Shown: positions 25,515-38,000 of the stretch, one piece after another
Layout of the letters: each line of letters begins with the position of its first letter
Numbering within the stretch: position 1 is the first letter of the stretch
Assembly: GCF_001194135.2 (NCBI RefSeq)
Contig: NC_068981.1
Span: 51,170,578-51,219,116 of the forward strand
Direction of reading: 5' to 3'
DNA length: 48,539 nt
Source of the DNA: Octopus bimaculoides
Taxonomy: Eukaryota
The notes under the pieces: model-generated
The model's input: only the letters and a program-made list of their open reading frames with translations
What the model was told of the DNA's origin: nothing
Databases searched by the model: none
Position numbers and translations under genes: made by a program

Positions 25515-26590
25515 ACCCGAATATCGAACTTATCAGCCAACAAAGAAACATTTAGATTAAACGAAGATTACTACAACCTAACACTAGGGAAGGCAAAGTA
25601 TAAAGAAAAATTAGTTTTCAAAAAGGGAAACCAAAGTGTGGTAGATACAAATAGTAAGATAGCCTATCCAGATTCTAGTTTTAACACACAAAATAACAGT
25701 AAAAATCCACCAAACCACTATTGGAGGATGAGGAAATAAGTTAAAGATAAGAAGAATGAAAGCATGGTGAATAACCAAAGATTGCTAAGCTCTGAAAAGA
25801 GTAGAAGGTATTCGAGTGAATATGTATCCCATACGAAAATAAATAGCTAAAATAACAGAGGTAGCATTAGTACGCTGCACATCAGTAGTGAAGTAAAGTA
25901 CCATAGAAACACACACAGACACACACACACACACTGAACACAACTTGCCTTTTCAAATTGCTGCAACCTAATTCAGATGAATGAACCAACTTCCGAATCT
26001 GAATAATGGGGAAGAAATAAATAGCAAAAGTAGTGATATAGACGACGAGACTGTAGTTGAAAACACTGGGGTAAGAGAGAATGCTAATATAAGAACGAAC
26101 AGGAAAAGGGTAACAAGCCTAACAAATACCTTCACGGGCATGGATATGCAATGTCGAATAGCTAGAAAGAGCAGCAACGAGACTAGCATCAGTAGGGGAG
26201 TTGGAGATAATGCAAGACTTGGAGATAATGCAAGACAGGTCACTGTGGAAGAAAACGACAGAATAAATGATAGAAATACACAAATTTATTCAACTGCGCT
26301 AGAAATAAAATCTGTTCATTAGACTCAACATGTAAAACTAGGAACCTAGTCTACGGATGTAAAGTAACCTCGGAGAGTAGGGAATATGTTATATAGACGC
26401 AAGATTCCTTTTTTGAAAAAAAAGACTGGCCAATTATTTAAATTACTTTAGAGATAGGTGGGAAATATGGCCTAACTAAGCTTATTTGGTCAATTAAAGA
26501 CAAAAACTAATTATTCCATCGATTGGGAACTAACTAGTACTGCTAAACCTTATAACATAGGGTGAAATAGATGCAATATAATGTAGCACT
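25515..26590 (+). mobile_element. Penelope-like element fragment (RT thumb, linker, GIY-YIG endonuclease)
   Basis: RISNLSANKETF..DYYNLTLGKAKYKEKL; LDSTCKTRNLVYGCKV; LTKLIWSIKDKN..SIDWELTSTAKPYN..RCN, all PLE-typical motifs. ORF 25981..26322 is the linker. Confidence 0.7.
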
Positions 26591-26853
26591 CCTGATTAGG
26601 ACGGATATTACTGTTATTTCACCCCAGAATACATCATCTCCGGCTGGCTATCGATGTACTATCTGCGTCCTTATATTTTCCGGCAAGGGAGGTTAGTGTA
26701 CCCACTCAGCTCTAAAGCAATATCTGTATACCGATGATTTCTGGGTAACTTCCCTTCATTATCACAGAATAAGTTCTCGGCTAGAGGTTGCGACACTAGA
26801 TTCTTGTACTTTTACTGTTACTAAATGTTTCTCGTTCAGAGATTTAGAAATAA

Positions 26854-27560
26854 GTAGCAGGAGTACTCGGCGTTACTCGGGTATTAAATACTCTGCAATG
26901 CAATTCACACTACGGCCTCGCAAATCACACCTCAGGTTTAATGGCGTGCGTGTGTGTTCAAGTGTGAAAAAGGAGGAAGGCGTGAATTGGGCGTGTGCAC
27001 TTAAAAAGGGGGAGAGATGAACATTATGCTTTGTGTGTGGCTTAAAATGAAAGATTTGGGGGACAGGTGGCAGGGGCGCAGTCGAGGGTGTAAGGTTGAC
27101 ACAATTCACACCATGTGTTAAAAGTGGAAGGGGGCGAACGTGCTGTGTCGTGGTTGAAAGTTTGCTACGAAGGGGGAAGTGGCAATTATTTGGTGAACAA
27201 CCGGAGGATATGCCGGAGGATATGCCGGAGGATATGCTCAAAGTTCGGGTAATGGTGGTGGAAGGAAATGTTTACAAATCGCACAATGTGTTGCCATCAC
27301 AGGCATTTTATCCTGTTAGATTGGTGTTAATAGGATATTGTCTAAATACGGGGGGATTGGTGTAAACGGCGCGAACTAAGTGCCATTAGTCATTTTCGCA
27401 CGCGAAGGAGTGAGAGTGGAAGGTAAACCTAGACATAGCCCTCTACAAAATGGTGAAGCTGTTAGAGGGGGAGGAATGTGCATGTTTTGCACATCTTATG
27501 TGGTGTTCTCACTACATAAATAAATGAAGTTTGTACGTAACGTACGTACTGCTATAAACT
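26854..27560 (-). mobile_element. Non-autonomous Helitron-like element (GC-richer island)
   Basis: The minus-strand end acccgagtaacgccgagtactcctgctact resembles the acccgggcaacgccgggt...gCTAG-t hairpin+CTRR terminus. The 5' TC end is not located, so the right boundary is approximate. Confidence 0.45.
27201..27236. repeat. Three perfect copies of the 12-mer ccggaggatatg
   Basis: Directly visible. Confidence 0.97.
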
Positions 27561-28055
27561 AATACATTTTTGTTGCTTTTTTTCAAATTTTATTCACCAA
27601 ATCTCTTGATTTTGTTTTGGGTTTTTACCCTACCAAATTCTGGTGCCACATACATTTTAGTACGACATTTAATATTTTGATTAAATCTCTCTCTCTCTCT
27701 CTCTCTNNNNNNNNNNNNNNNNNNNNNNNNNNNNNNNNNNNNNNNNNNNNNNNNNNNNNNNNNNNNNNNNNNNNNNNNNNNNNNNNNNNNNNNNNNNNNN
27801 NNNNNNNNNNNNNNNNNNNNNNNNNNNNNNNNNNNNNNNNNNNNNNNNNNNNNNNNNNNNNNNNNNNNNNNNNNNNNNNNNNNNNNNNNNNNNNNNNNNN
27901 NNNNNNNNNNNNNNNNNNNNNNNNNNNNNNNNNNNNNNNNNNNNNNNNNNNNNNNNNNNNNNNNNNNNNNNNNNNNNNNNNNNNNNNNNNNNNNNNNNNN
28001 NNNNNNNNNNNNNNNNNNNNNNNNNNNNNNNNNNNNNNNNNNNNNNNNNNNNNNN

Positions 28056-28096
<41 letters not shown>

Positions 28097-28393
28097 AAGG
28101 AAGAATGAATTATCTATCTTCAAATGAAGAAGTATTTAATAAACACAAAAGTTATTACAATATAGCACTTAAGAAGACAAGATATACTTATGAAATTAAG
28201 TACAATAACAATCTCAACATCATGGAAAATCAAATTGAAAATAAGTTCAAAAAATAATAATGATAAAGCTAGAGACTTAGACACCTACAAACAAATAGCA
28301 TATGCTCACAAAGCAGGATTGAAAACACCCAAAACCAACTCTAAATATAACAAGTATGCTAAACAGGATTATTGCAATAAATAAATCAAATCA

Positions 28394-28590
28394 AGGCGGC
28401 GAGCTGGCAGAAGCCTTAGCATGCCGGGCGAAATGCTTAGAGGTATTTTGTCTGTCTTTACGTTCTGAGTTCAAATTCCAACAACATCGATTTTGCCTTT
28501 CATCCTTTCGAGGTCGATAGATTAAGTACCCGTTGCTTACTGGTATGGATCTAATCCACTGGCCCCTCCCAAAAATTTCAAACTAAAGCA
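28394..28590 (+). mobile_element. SINE (aaggcggcgagctggcagaa family)
   Basis: aaggcggcgagctggcagaa..ctgagttcaaattcc..ttgcctttcatcctttcgaggtcgat; homologous to the other copies. Confidence 0.8.
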
Positions 28591-28635
28591 TGCAGAACAT
28601 AATACCAAAACTAAAATTAAAAATAGCAAGAATCA

Positions 28636-29300
28636 TAATAATAATTATAAGAATAATAATAATAATAATAATTATTATTATTATTATTATTGTTCAATAG
28701 TTTTATTTTTATAACGTGCTTTCACTTCACTACCGAGCGCAGCTCTGTGCGCCTTGGGTATGTGCTGTGGTTTGCTGTGGTGCTCTTATGGTTACTGTAT
28801 TGAGAGTGTTTTGCGTAGAATGTGTGCAGTACCCAGTAGTGCAATTTTCTGTATGTTATATATATTTGTAAGTCCTGGTGTTTTTGTTATGTATTTGTCT
28901 GAATATTTTTTTATTATACCTAAGGCACCTACTATGATAGGAATTGTTTCTGTTTTTAGATTCCACATTCGAGTTATCTCTATTTCCAGGTCTTTGTATT
29001 TTGAAAGCTTTTCAATTTCTTTTAAAGAAACGTTGTCCTCTGCTGGTATTGATACTTCAATTAGAAAGCATTTTTTTCTTCATGATCTTTGACAACTATA
29101 TCTGGTCTATTTGCCTTACTTTCTCTATCTGTGTGTATTGGCATATCCCAGAGTATGGTTGCTTTCTCGTTTTCTGTGACCTTTTCTGGCGTGTGTTTAT
29201 ACCATCTTTTTTCTGTTGTTATTCCATAGTGTTGGCATAGCTTCCAGTGTATATAGGTCCCAGCTCTGTCGTGTCTGTGAATATATTCCTTCTTAGCCAG
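28636..29300 (-). mobile_element. Young 5'-truncated R4/Dong-like LINE with (AAT)n tail (pseudo-CDS 29300-28792)
   Basis: LAKKEYIHRHDRAGTYIHWKLCQHY..ILWDMPIHTDRESKANRPDIVVKD/CFLIEVSIPAEDN..EKLSKYKDLEIEITRMW..QKIALLGTAHILRKTLSIQ*; only one frameshift, in a homopolymer at about 29071-29077. Confidence 0.9.
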
Positions 29301-29309
29301 ATAAAACCA

Positions 29310-29600
29310 TTTGTATCATAATACATTTCGCTAAACACTCAAAGATAAATTTTATTAAATTTATTAGAATTATTATAGATAAAATCTTTAAAACCACTAG
29401 ATATGCAAAAATATTTAATACCAAACATATAAGATTTGGATTTTCAGTTTCTCTCAACATTTTTAGGATAATATCTTCCTTTAACAATAGAAAACTCGAT
29501 TTATTCTATGAATGCAAAATAAATTACAGATTGATACTGAAGCAGACAAAAAAGGTAGAAAATAATAGTATAAATAACGTTAACAATATAAGCATCCCTG
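29310..29600 (+). mobile_element. Penelope-like element post-RT linker fragment
   Basis: NFIKFIRIIIDKIF..YAKIFNTKHIRFGFSVSLNIFRIISSFNNRKL resembles the PLE motif KIFNRNTVKISYSC..N...IISSHN.K.L. Confidence 0.55.
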
Positions 29601-29744
29601 CTCACAATACTTATATAAATCAACAAAGAATAATAATAATAATATTTCATTATCTCCACAACATATAAATTATAATTGTAGAGACCCGAATACATGCACG
29701 TTAGCCAGGGTTTGCGAAAAGCAATGAAAAAATCTTGCATCCTT

Positions 29745-30593
29745 ACTTCTTCTACATGGAAAATGCTTGACAGAAAAAGAAAGAGATTTCATCACGAGTT
29801 TCAAACATAAACCCAGTCTTTTTCACGGCCTTCCTAAAATACACAAGAGCAAGATAATCAATGAAGCCTGCAAACAATCACCGGGCAAATGCATAAATAT
29901 CCAAATGCCAGAAGACTTAAATTTAAGACCCATTGTAGCTGAGCCAGCCTGTGAAGCCCACTGCCGAAGCAATTTTCTAGACACCCTGCTGAAACGAAAC
30001 CCATGCTAAAATACATCCAAAGTTTCATTAGAGACGATTTAGTCATGCTAGAACACCTACCAAAAACAATTAATGAATAGGCAATATTGGTTACTCTCGA
30101 TGCTATCAATCTTTACACCAACATTCCACATGATTATGGAATAAAAGTAATTAAATTCTAGTTAGAAAAGTACTCGGAAGTACTCCCGGAATGCATAAAT
30201 CAGATCTTTATTATTGAATCTTTAACATTTCTACTTGAGAACAATTATTTTTTTTTATTTCATGACAATACTATCGCCAGAATGCGAAATTGCGATGGGA
30301 ACGAAAGCAGACCCTGTTTTTGCGAATTTAATAATGGGTTGTTTTGAATTCTCCTTATGTGAAGTATCCCTTCAGAAATATGGTTACCCATTTTACATTT
30401 ACATAAGATAAAATTGGAGAAGATACCTGGAGGAATGTTTTATCATTTAGAAGAACATCGACAAAGTTTTGGATTTCAAATCAACATTAAATGATATAAA
30501 TATTAACAATCAATTCACAATGGAATATAACAAAGAACAGCTCCCATTTTTAGACATCATGATAAAAAAAGTCAACAATCAAATCATAACTAC

Positions 30594-30595
<2 letters not shown>
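29745..30595 (+). mobile_element. Penelope-like reverse transcriptase fragment
   Basis: FHGLPKIHKSK, LRPIVA, FIRDD, LDAINLYTNIPHDYG, AMGTKA.PVFANLIMG, WRRYLEECF (YxDD-equivalent), QFTMEYNKEQLPFLDIMI; ends at (GT)n. Confidence 0.85.
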
Positions 30596-30643
<48 letters not shown>

Positions 30644-30859
30644 TGAGTGTGTAAATGGAGCAATAAACGATTTTTTAAATATATATATATCCAATATTTA
30701 CACACACGTAAATGCATATGTTTAGATATATACAAACTGAAATTCCAAGGAGGATTTACAAATTTATTAGTTACAGATTATAATACAGTAAGTCTAATAA
30801 TTTAGGTGATAGATTTACTTTTAAATATAATGCCATCACCTCAATATATNNNNNNNNNN

Positions 30860-30908
<49 letters not shown>

Positions 30909-31317
30909 GCGTCATTCCGAATACTGAGATATATACCATAGATAACACTACAGTCATTTGAAAGCCTTAAGCATACAGATTGATATGTAAAATCGTATTC
31001 TCTTAAGTAAGTACAAATATCATAGGCAATCCTCTTAGTTTCATAATCATATAAGAGATATGTGTGTAGTATTTCGGGATATTCTATTTGAAGACGTAAT
31101 CACATAGATCTCGATTGTATATCAAGAAATGTGTATAATGAATACGGTAATAACTGACAACTTTCCAGTATATAAAATGCTTACATAGAAACTCACACAC
31201 ACGCACACATATCCACACACACATATATATGTCTGTGCCTGAGTATCCCTCCGTGTACATATATGCATATTCCTGTGGGTTTATATATATTATATATATA
31301 AATACTTATCTACATAG

Positions 31318-31582
31318 ACGAGGAGACCCCCTTCTGTCAGGAATGACCATAGGATTGCATCTAGAAAGTTACCTTCCCAGGCACAAGTCCAGGCAAGGTT
31401 GTTTGTGGACGGCCAGCAGTCACCCATGAATACCAGCTTTCGCTCTCCACACCACTGATGTTATCCAAAGGAAAGGCAAAGGCCGATACAGCTTGCAGCA
31501 GTGACGCCGCAAATCATTTCTACAGCTGAGTTAAATGAATCAGCGTGAAATAACATGTATGGCTCAAGAACACAATACGCAG
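31318..31582 (-). mobile_element. SINE, 3' and central part (tRNA head not present before the gap)
   Basis: Reverse complement reads ttcttgagc..ttatttcac..actcagctgtagaaatga..caaccttgcctggacttgtgcc..gggggtc; recalled Octopus SINE family. Confidence 0.6.
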
Positions 31583-32206
31583 CTTACATCCATACATATA
31601 TGTATGCATATATATATATATANNNNNNNNNNNNNNNNNNNNNNNNNNNNNNNNNNNNNNNNNNNNNNNNNNNNNNNNNNNNNNNNNNNNNNNNNNNNNN
31701 NNNNNNNNNNNNNNNNNNNNNNNNNNNNNNNNNNNNNNNNNNNNNNNNNNNNNNNNNNNNNNNNNNNNNNNNNNNNNNNNNNNNNNNNNNNNNNNNNNNN
31801 NNNNNNNNNNNNNNNNNNNNNNNNNNNNNNNNNNNNNNNNNNNNNNNNNNNNNNNNNNNNNNNNNNNNNNNNNNNNNNNNNNNNNNNNNNNNNNNNNNNN
31901 NNNNNNNNNNNNNNNNNNNNNNNNNNNNNNNNNNNNNNNNNNNNNNNNNNNNNNNNNNNNNNNNNNNNNNNNNNNNNNNNNNNNNNNNNNNNNNNNNNNN
32001 NNNNNNNNNNNNNNNNNNNNNNNNNNNNNNNNNNNNNNNNNNNNNNNNNNNNNNNNNNNNNNNNNNNNNNNNNNNNNNNNNNNNNNNNNNNNNNNNNNNN
32101 NNNNNNNNNNNNNNNNNNNNNNNNNNNNNNNNNNNNNNNNNNNNNNNNNNNNNNNNNNNNNNNNNNNNNNNNNNNNNNNNNNNNNNNNNNNNNNNNNNNN
32201 NNNNNN

Positions 32207-32230
32207 ATATATATATATATATATATATAT

Positions 32231-32297
<67 letters not shown>
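32207..32297. repeat. (TA)n-(GATA)n microsatellite (another (GATA)n at 33621-33672)
   Basis: Directly visible. Confidence 0.95.
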
Positions 32298-32298
<1 letters not shown>

Positions 32299-32641
32299 GT
32301 TTAAAGATGAAGAAAAGGAAAGTTTTTTTGGTTTTTTTTCACTCTGTGCAGGCCTTCAGATAGCTTTCACTTCTATGTTTTGTTTAGTCATAGAAAAGAT
32401 TTCAGACATGCGATTCTCCTAATCTCATTGATACGTCACTCTGCAATTTTGTTCTGATATTTTTTCTTGTATGATTGTTGTGTTTTGCAATGTACCCTCT
32501 AAGCGTTGCCGTGTGTACCTGTATTAGTATATTTGTTGTGCTAAGTATCTATACAATGTCATTATGTACGAAGCTAGAAGTCTATTTTGAATCATATAAC
32601 ATGATTATGAGAGCACCGCCACTCGACTACATGCAAAGCCT

Positions 32642-32689
<48 letters not shown>

Positions 32690-33171
32690 GCAAATTCTAA
32701 CTAATCCAGCAACTAGCCTAAATACAGTGAGAAAAACTTCTAAATGTACTGCAGCAGCAGGAAAAGAAAGAAATGCTTTGAACGTACAAGTAGGAATTTT
32801 AGTCAAGTTAGGCGAAACGTACGCAACTATAAACACTCGCACACAACATACGCACACACACACAAACATAAAGACATACATTTAAAACGAGATGTGCACG
32901 TAAATATCACACTAGTCACATTCTCACATACAATACAAGGAAGCTATGTTAAAAACCGATGCATATTGACACACCCTGAAGTATGTCACAGGTATTGTGT
33001 AGCAACAATAGAATAAAAAAGGAATATGTAGGACTGCGTGCAATGGACATGAGCAAAAGGTGTGCTTTTGATCCTCACAGAGATCTTTGAATTTAACCTA
33101 TAGCGATAGTATTATGTCCAAAAGATTACGCAGAGAAAACTAGCAAATTCTATGTTATGTATGGGGGAAAA

Positions 33172-33204
<33 letters not shown>

Positions 33205-33620
33205 CGCGCGTGCACTGAAAGAGATAATAATAGATGTATAGATATATTTTATACTTTAACATCATTGTTGAAATTTATTTAGCTTTTTTTCAATAACAAG
33301 GTAAGATTGTTAAATTACATACGGGCGTCAGATTAACAGTCGAAATAATTCTGTATACGTTTGTCTACATAAAAGATGATATGGATTTTGAATGATTTTA
33401 AATAAATTAAATAAATGGCTTGTTTATAATAAAATATATTGGCTTATTTTCCATTATAAGATTCGAAAGCTTAACCTATTCTTTATCTTTCATTAAAATT
33501 CCCACTCATATGCAGTACGACTTCAGATTTTGAGAGATTGGCACACTTAGATATATACAAATACACATGCTCAAGTTTCAAGAATCACATTCGTTTACAT
33601 AATTATACACTCGTGCACTT

Positions 33621-33672
<52 letters not shown>

Positions 33673-34619
33673 TAAACAATCACACACACTCGCACACATA
33701 TGCATATTGGCAAAAACGATCAATGCAATAGTAAATTAAAGACAATTAAGTTTGATTTAATTTTATATCTTAGATTATATGCCATGCAGTGTACAATAAA
33801 TCTGATCGTGGCGTCATATTTAAGTAGGAATTGCATTGTGTTATTTTCCATGCTCCTTCAAGAAACAATATAGTCTGTCATATATTTTAAATATCAATTC
33901 CTGGAATTTCGTCAATAAATTTCAACTAGTAACAGAAGTCTCTTTTCGCAATACTTTTATATCGACAGTATTTCATAGTTGTCTGGTGCTATTGTTGTTC
34001 TGAGAAGCACGTATTAAATTGATTATCATATTTTAATGTCCTGAGGATATAAGGAAATAATAGTTTCATATCGAATAAAATTTCCACAGAAATAAATCTC
34101 TGAAAGAGCTTACTCATGTTTTATTATGGGGAAATAGTTACACTACGTTCATAGATTAGAATACGTCAGGAAAAATGTAACTTAAGAGGAATATATATTA
34201 AGGAAAAAGTAAATCTTTATTAAACTATAAATTGCTTTTTAGGCCAAACCGAACGTTATGATAATCCACTTAATGTAAAATTTAATGGCTTTCTTAAGCT
34301 CATTTATTATTTTGCTGCTTTTTTCGTCCGTACATAATGTTGTTACTGCTTTTGCAAGACATATCAGATTTAAGGTTTTAATGTCATAGGAATTTCTTTT
34401 TTGCATAATTCATACATTTGCCTTAGAGAAAACTAAAACATGCGATGGTATATTTTTTATAAAATATAGGGATAAAATTAGTCACCTTAATATAACGCAC
34501 ACATTCAAAGTTTTACAAATAGAAGCACATGAAAATCAACAGTTATTTTCAATATTTTATTAAGTAAAAACTTTAGTAAAACATTATTGCATTTCAATGT
34601 CTCAGTATTTGAGTTATTC

Positions 34620-34840
34620 GAAGCGGCAAGCTGGTATAATTGTTAGCATGCCGGGCAAAATGCTTGACGGCATTTCGTCCGTCTTTACCTTCTGAGTTCA
34701 AATTCCGTCGGTGTTGCCTTTGCTATTCATCCTTTCAGGGTCGAGAAAATAATACCAATTTAGCACTGAGGTTGATGTAATCGACTTATTCCTTCTTTCG
34801 AAATTGCTGGCCTTGTGCCAACATTTGAAACCAATATTTG
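34620..34840 (+). mobile_element. SINE (aaggcggcgagctggcagaa family)
   Basis: gcggcaagctgg..gcatgccgggcaaaatgctt..ctgagttcaaattcc..catcctttcaggggtcga..gaaaccaata. Confidence 0.75.
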
Positions 34841-34988
34841 GGTCAATGACTGTATCTAAAATTTGAGACTGAATCACGTTGTTAACATTGATCATTCGAG
34901 TTTAATATTTAGCTTGCCTGTGGTGATTCTGTTGAAATGAATCAAGCTACTTGATTTACGAATGAGCTGCTGATTTAGTATATGTTCC

Positions 34989-35026
<38 letters not shown>

Positions 35027-38000
35027 GTCGTTGAAGGTGTATTGTTGTTTAAATTTAAAAGCGCATATCATATTTGTCACAAAGAAACACACCTTCAGTC
35101 ATTGAAAAGCTGAAATTGTTATTTAAGTAACCTTTACATTGTTGTTATTCCTTCCATTGTTGTGTTTCTGAAGATGTCTACTTATATTGTATTTATACCT
35201 CTTCGACTATCCAAAGGGAAACTTATTTGAAAGAAATAGCAGTGCCGAAACCGAATTAAATAATATGCTGTCTTAAAGATAGAACATAAAGAAATTATAA
35301 AATATAGTCCAAGAAAACCATAAAATTGTGGCATGTTTATAACTGGTTTTCCCGATACGGTTTAAAATGGGACAAATGAAAATTAACCTATATCGATTTT
35401 TTTTACGTAAGTAGACTGTTAAGTAGTTCAGAAACTATGTAAAACCTAACCCTTCCAAAAATATTGTTTTTAGTTGCATCACACAAAATTATAAAATTAG
35501 AGATCTTAACTCGATTTGAACGATTATATCTTTCGTAAATATCCATTGCAAAATAGATTGCAAGCGTTTATTCTATGCTGAGTTCTGATGCGTTTTAATA
35601 CCTATTTCCTGATGAATCAAGTATGTATTGGCTGTGGTATATGAGGAATATGTTAGTGGATATATGTATGGAATGTGAAATTGGAACTGAGTATCAGAAG
35701 CTTGCAGCTCAAGTCAGAACATTTTTACATTTGGAGTATTGAAAACAAGAGCACAAAGCGGGCGAATAGTGGTGGCCCTAATTTGCTTGAGCAATCTTGA
35801 TATATGATTTGCTAGCGCATAAAGAGAGCTTGTACTCTTTAGAAGTGACAGAGAGTAAATGTTGTAGTAACTTTGATTTGTTAGCTGTAGTGATTTTGAT
35901 ACGCATTTAGAAGTAGTCAAACGTACATGCATGTGAAGATGTTGAACTTCAACAGATATCTAATTCATAAATATGCGTTAAACTGTTTATAGCGGGAACA
36001 TTTCAAAGCCAGAATAGAATATCTGCGTTATGGAGTACAATTCTGAGAGTGTGTAGAGAGATTTTGTCTTTGTGCTAGTGATGAAAATGAGAGAGCCATT
36101 GTTCTATTGCACAAATAGTGAAAGTTTGCTTGAAATGTCAAGATTGTAAAGACAAGAATATTTTTAGCAAATATATTCCCTGACAGAAATACGTAAGGCT
36201 GAATTTAGTAGGTCTGGCTACAAAAGTTTAAAGAATCGTATTAACATTTACTGAGTAGGAAGATTTAAATATTTAATATAAGTGCTGATGTTCGACTGTT
36301 TCCATTAATTTAAGCTCATAGTATATTGTGGTAATATGCATAAGAAATGAAGTTTCAAAGAAATAGGCCTTATTTTAGATAAGACATACATAGGTGATTT
36401 CCATAAGGGGGAAAAGTTAAGGAGAGATAAACTGTTAAGTACTTTAAGTACACAATGTAGCTTGAAATCTAATGATGTTTGAAGAAGAGATCGAAAGCGT
36501 TGGAAAAAAAACTGATGGGTATTTTTTGTTGTGTAATGAGATTGTATGAAATGCGTGGTATCATTAGTTTCTGGCTTCTTTCGGTTAATTATAGATTTTC
36601 ATAGTGGGACAACAATACTTATCAACCCTTATTAACACTACACTAGTGACGGTATGCACTTGCTTTAAATACCTATTCAATTATATCCAACATCGCATAT
36701 TTGGAAACCTTGACTCTTTCGAAATTGCTCTCTGATATAGTAATGTCAATTTACATTCGATCTTTCTAAAACATATTTAACATTTGTAATATTTTCATCT
36801 TTCTGCATACAGAGATACAATCAACACCCATATAATTCTTATGTTAGTTCACTGCAGTGTAGTATAGTTTCAGTTACCATGTATCAATATTAACCACAGT
36901 TTGATTATATTTTCCTTTCTACTCCCCATTACTAAGTAATCGATAAACGGAAATATATAACAAATATAATGTCCCAGAAAATAGATGCATTGAATCATTT
37001 ATGAAATTTCTGTCAACTTTTAATATTCAGAAAAAATATTACATCAACTCCAAACATTTACACATTTCACTAATATTGTAATACTGCTCTCCAATCAGAT
37101 GACTGATTTTTCACCATTTACATTTTTCATCTATTTCGTAATACTCTCCATAATCACCATGGTCACGATTATCATTACACTCTGTATCGACACAATAATA
37201 GCAAATAACGTCCTACATAATAACTCTAGTGTAAAATTGAACGACGTAATGCTTAAATGGTCGACTTTAAAAAATAAATACGACTTATTACTATTATGAG
37301 AGGAAAACTTTAATCATTTAGTATATGAATAATGTAATAAAATAAAAACTGACTACTTTTTTACAAAAAAAAATCATATTTTAATATTCAATGTTTTTCC
37401 TTTCTTTAATAGAATAGACTTCATTAGAATTGAAAGCAACATTTCTATTTGTTGATGTATTTTATTATTTTACAGCTATTACATTGATCAAAAACATTAA
37501 TAGAATTGAATAAATAGAAGCTAAGATCAAAATGTAAGAGAAATGGAAAAAGTTTATGAATATCATAAAAGTATATAAATCATAAAACGCTTCTTATTTT
37601 TATAGAGTGCAATTCATCTTCTTGCAAGAATGTGTCTAGACTTGTGTAGCCAACCTTCCTAATGGGTCTTCAATTACCCAAAAGGTCTGTCAGGAATTTA
37701 TATTAATTTGTATATTATATTATTAGCATGAGTTAACACTTCACGGACAGGAAACAACAAATCATTAAAACAGTCATCTAAACAATAGTTAAAATTTTCA
37801 CGTATCAAACAAAATAACTAGTATATTTTTGAAATGTAAGAAACTCTAGGACATTAAATAATACTAATCTAAGTTTATGTTTGGTGTATGTGATAATGAT
37901 GGTCCCGTATTGAAAGTCTTTTCTTGTTGCTTTCATGATGCAATTGCTCTAACAATTACAAAAACAGCGTAATTTAGGCTTTTCATGTTAAATTCGCATT

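Noticed and set aside
33175-33212. (GT)n-(CG)n tract with Z-DNA potential
   Set aside because: Common microsatellite variant with no evidence of function here.
35650-36300. LRR-like or HEAT-like peptide on the minus strand
   Set aside because: One partial motif only, with many stops.
37110-37240. Ly6/uPAR-like start DVICYYCVDTECND on the minus strand
   Set aside because: Weak splice sites and cysteine spacing does not continue.
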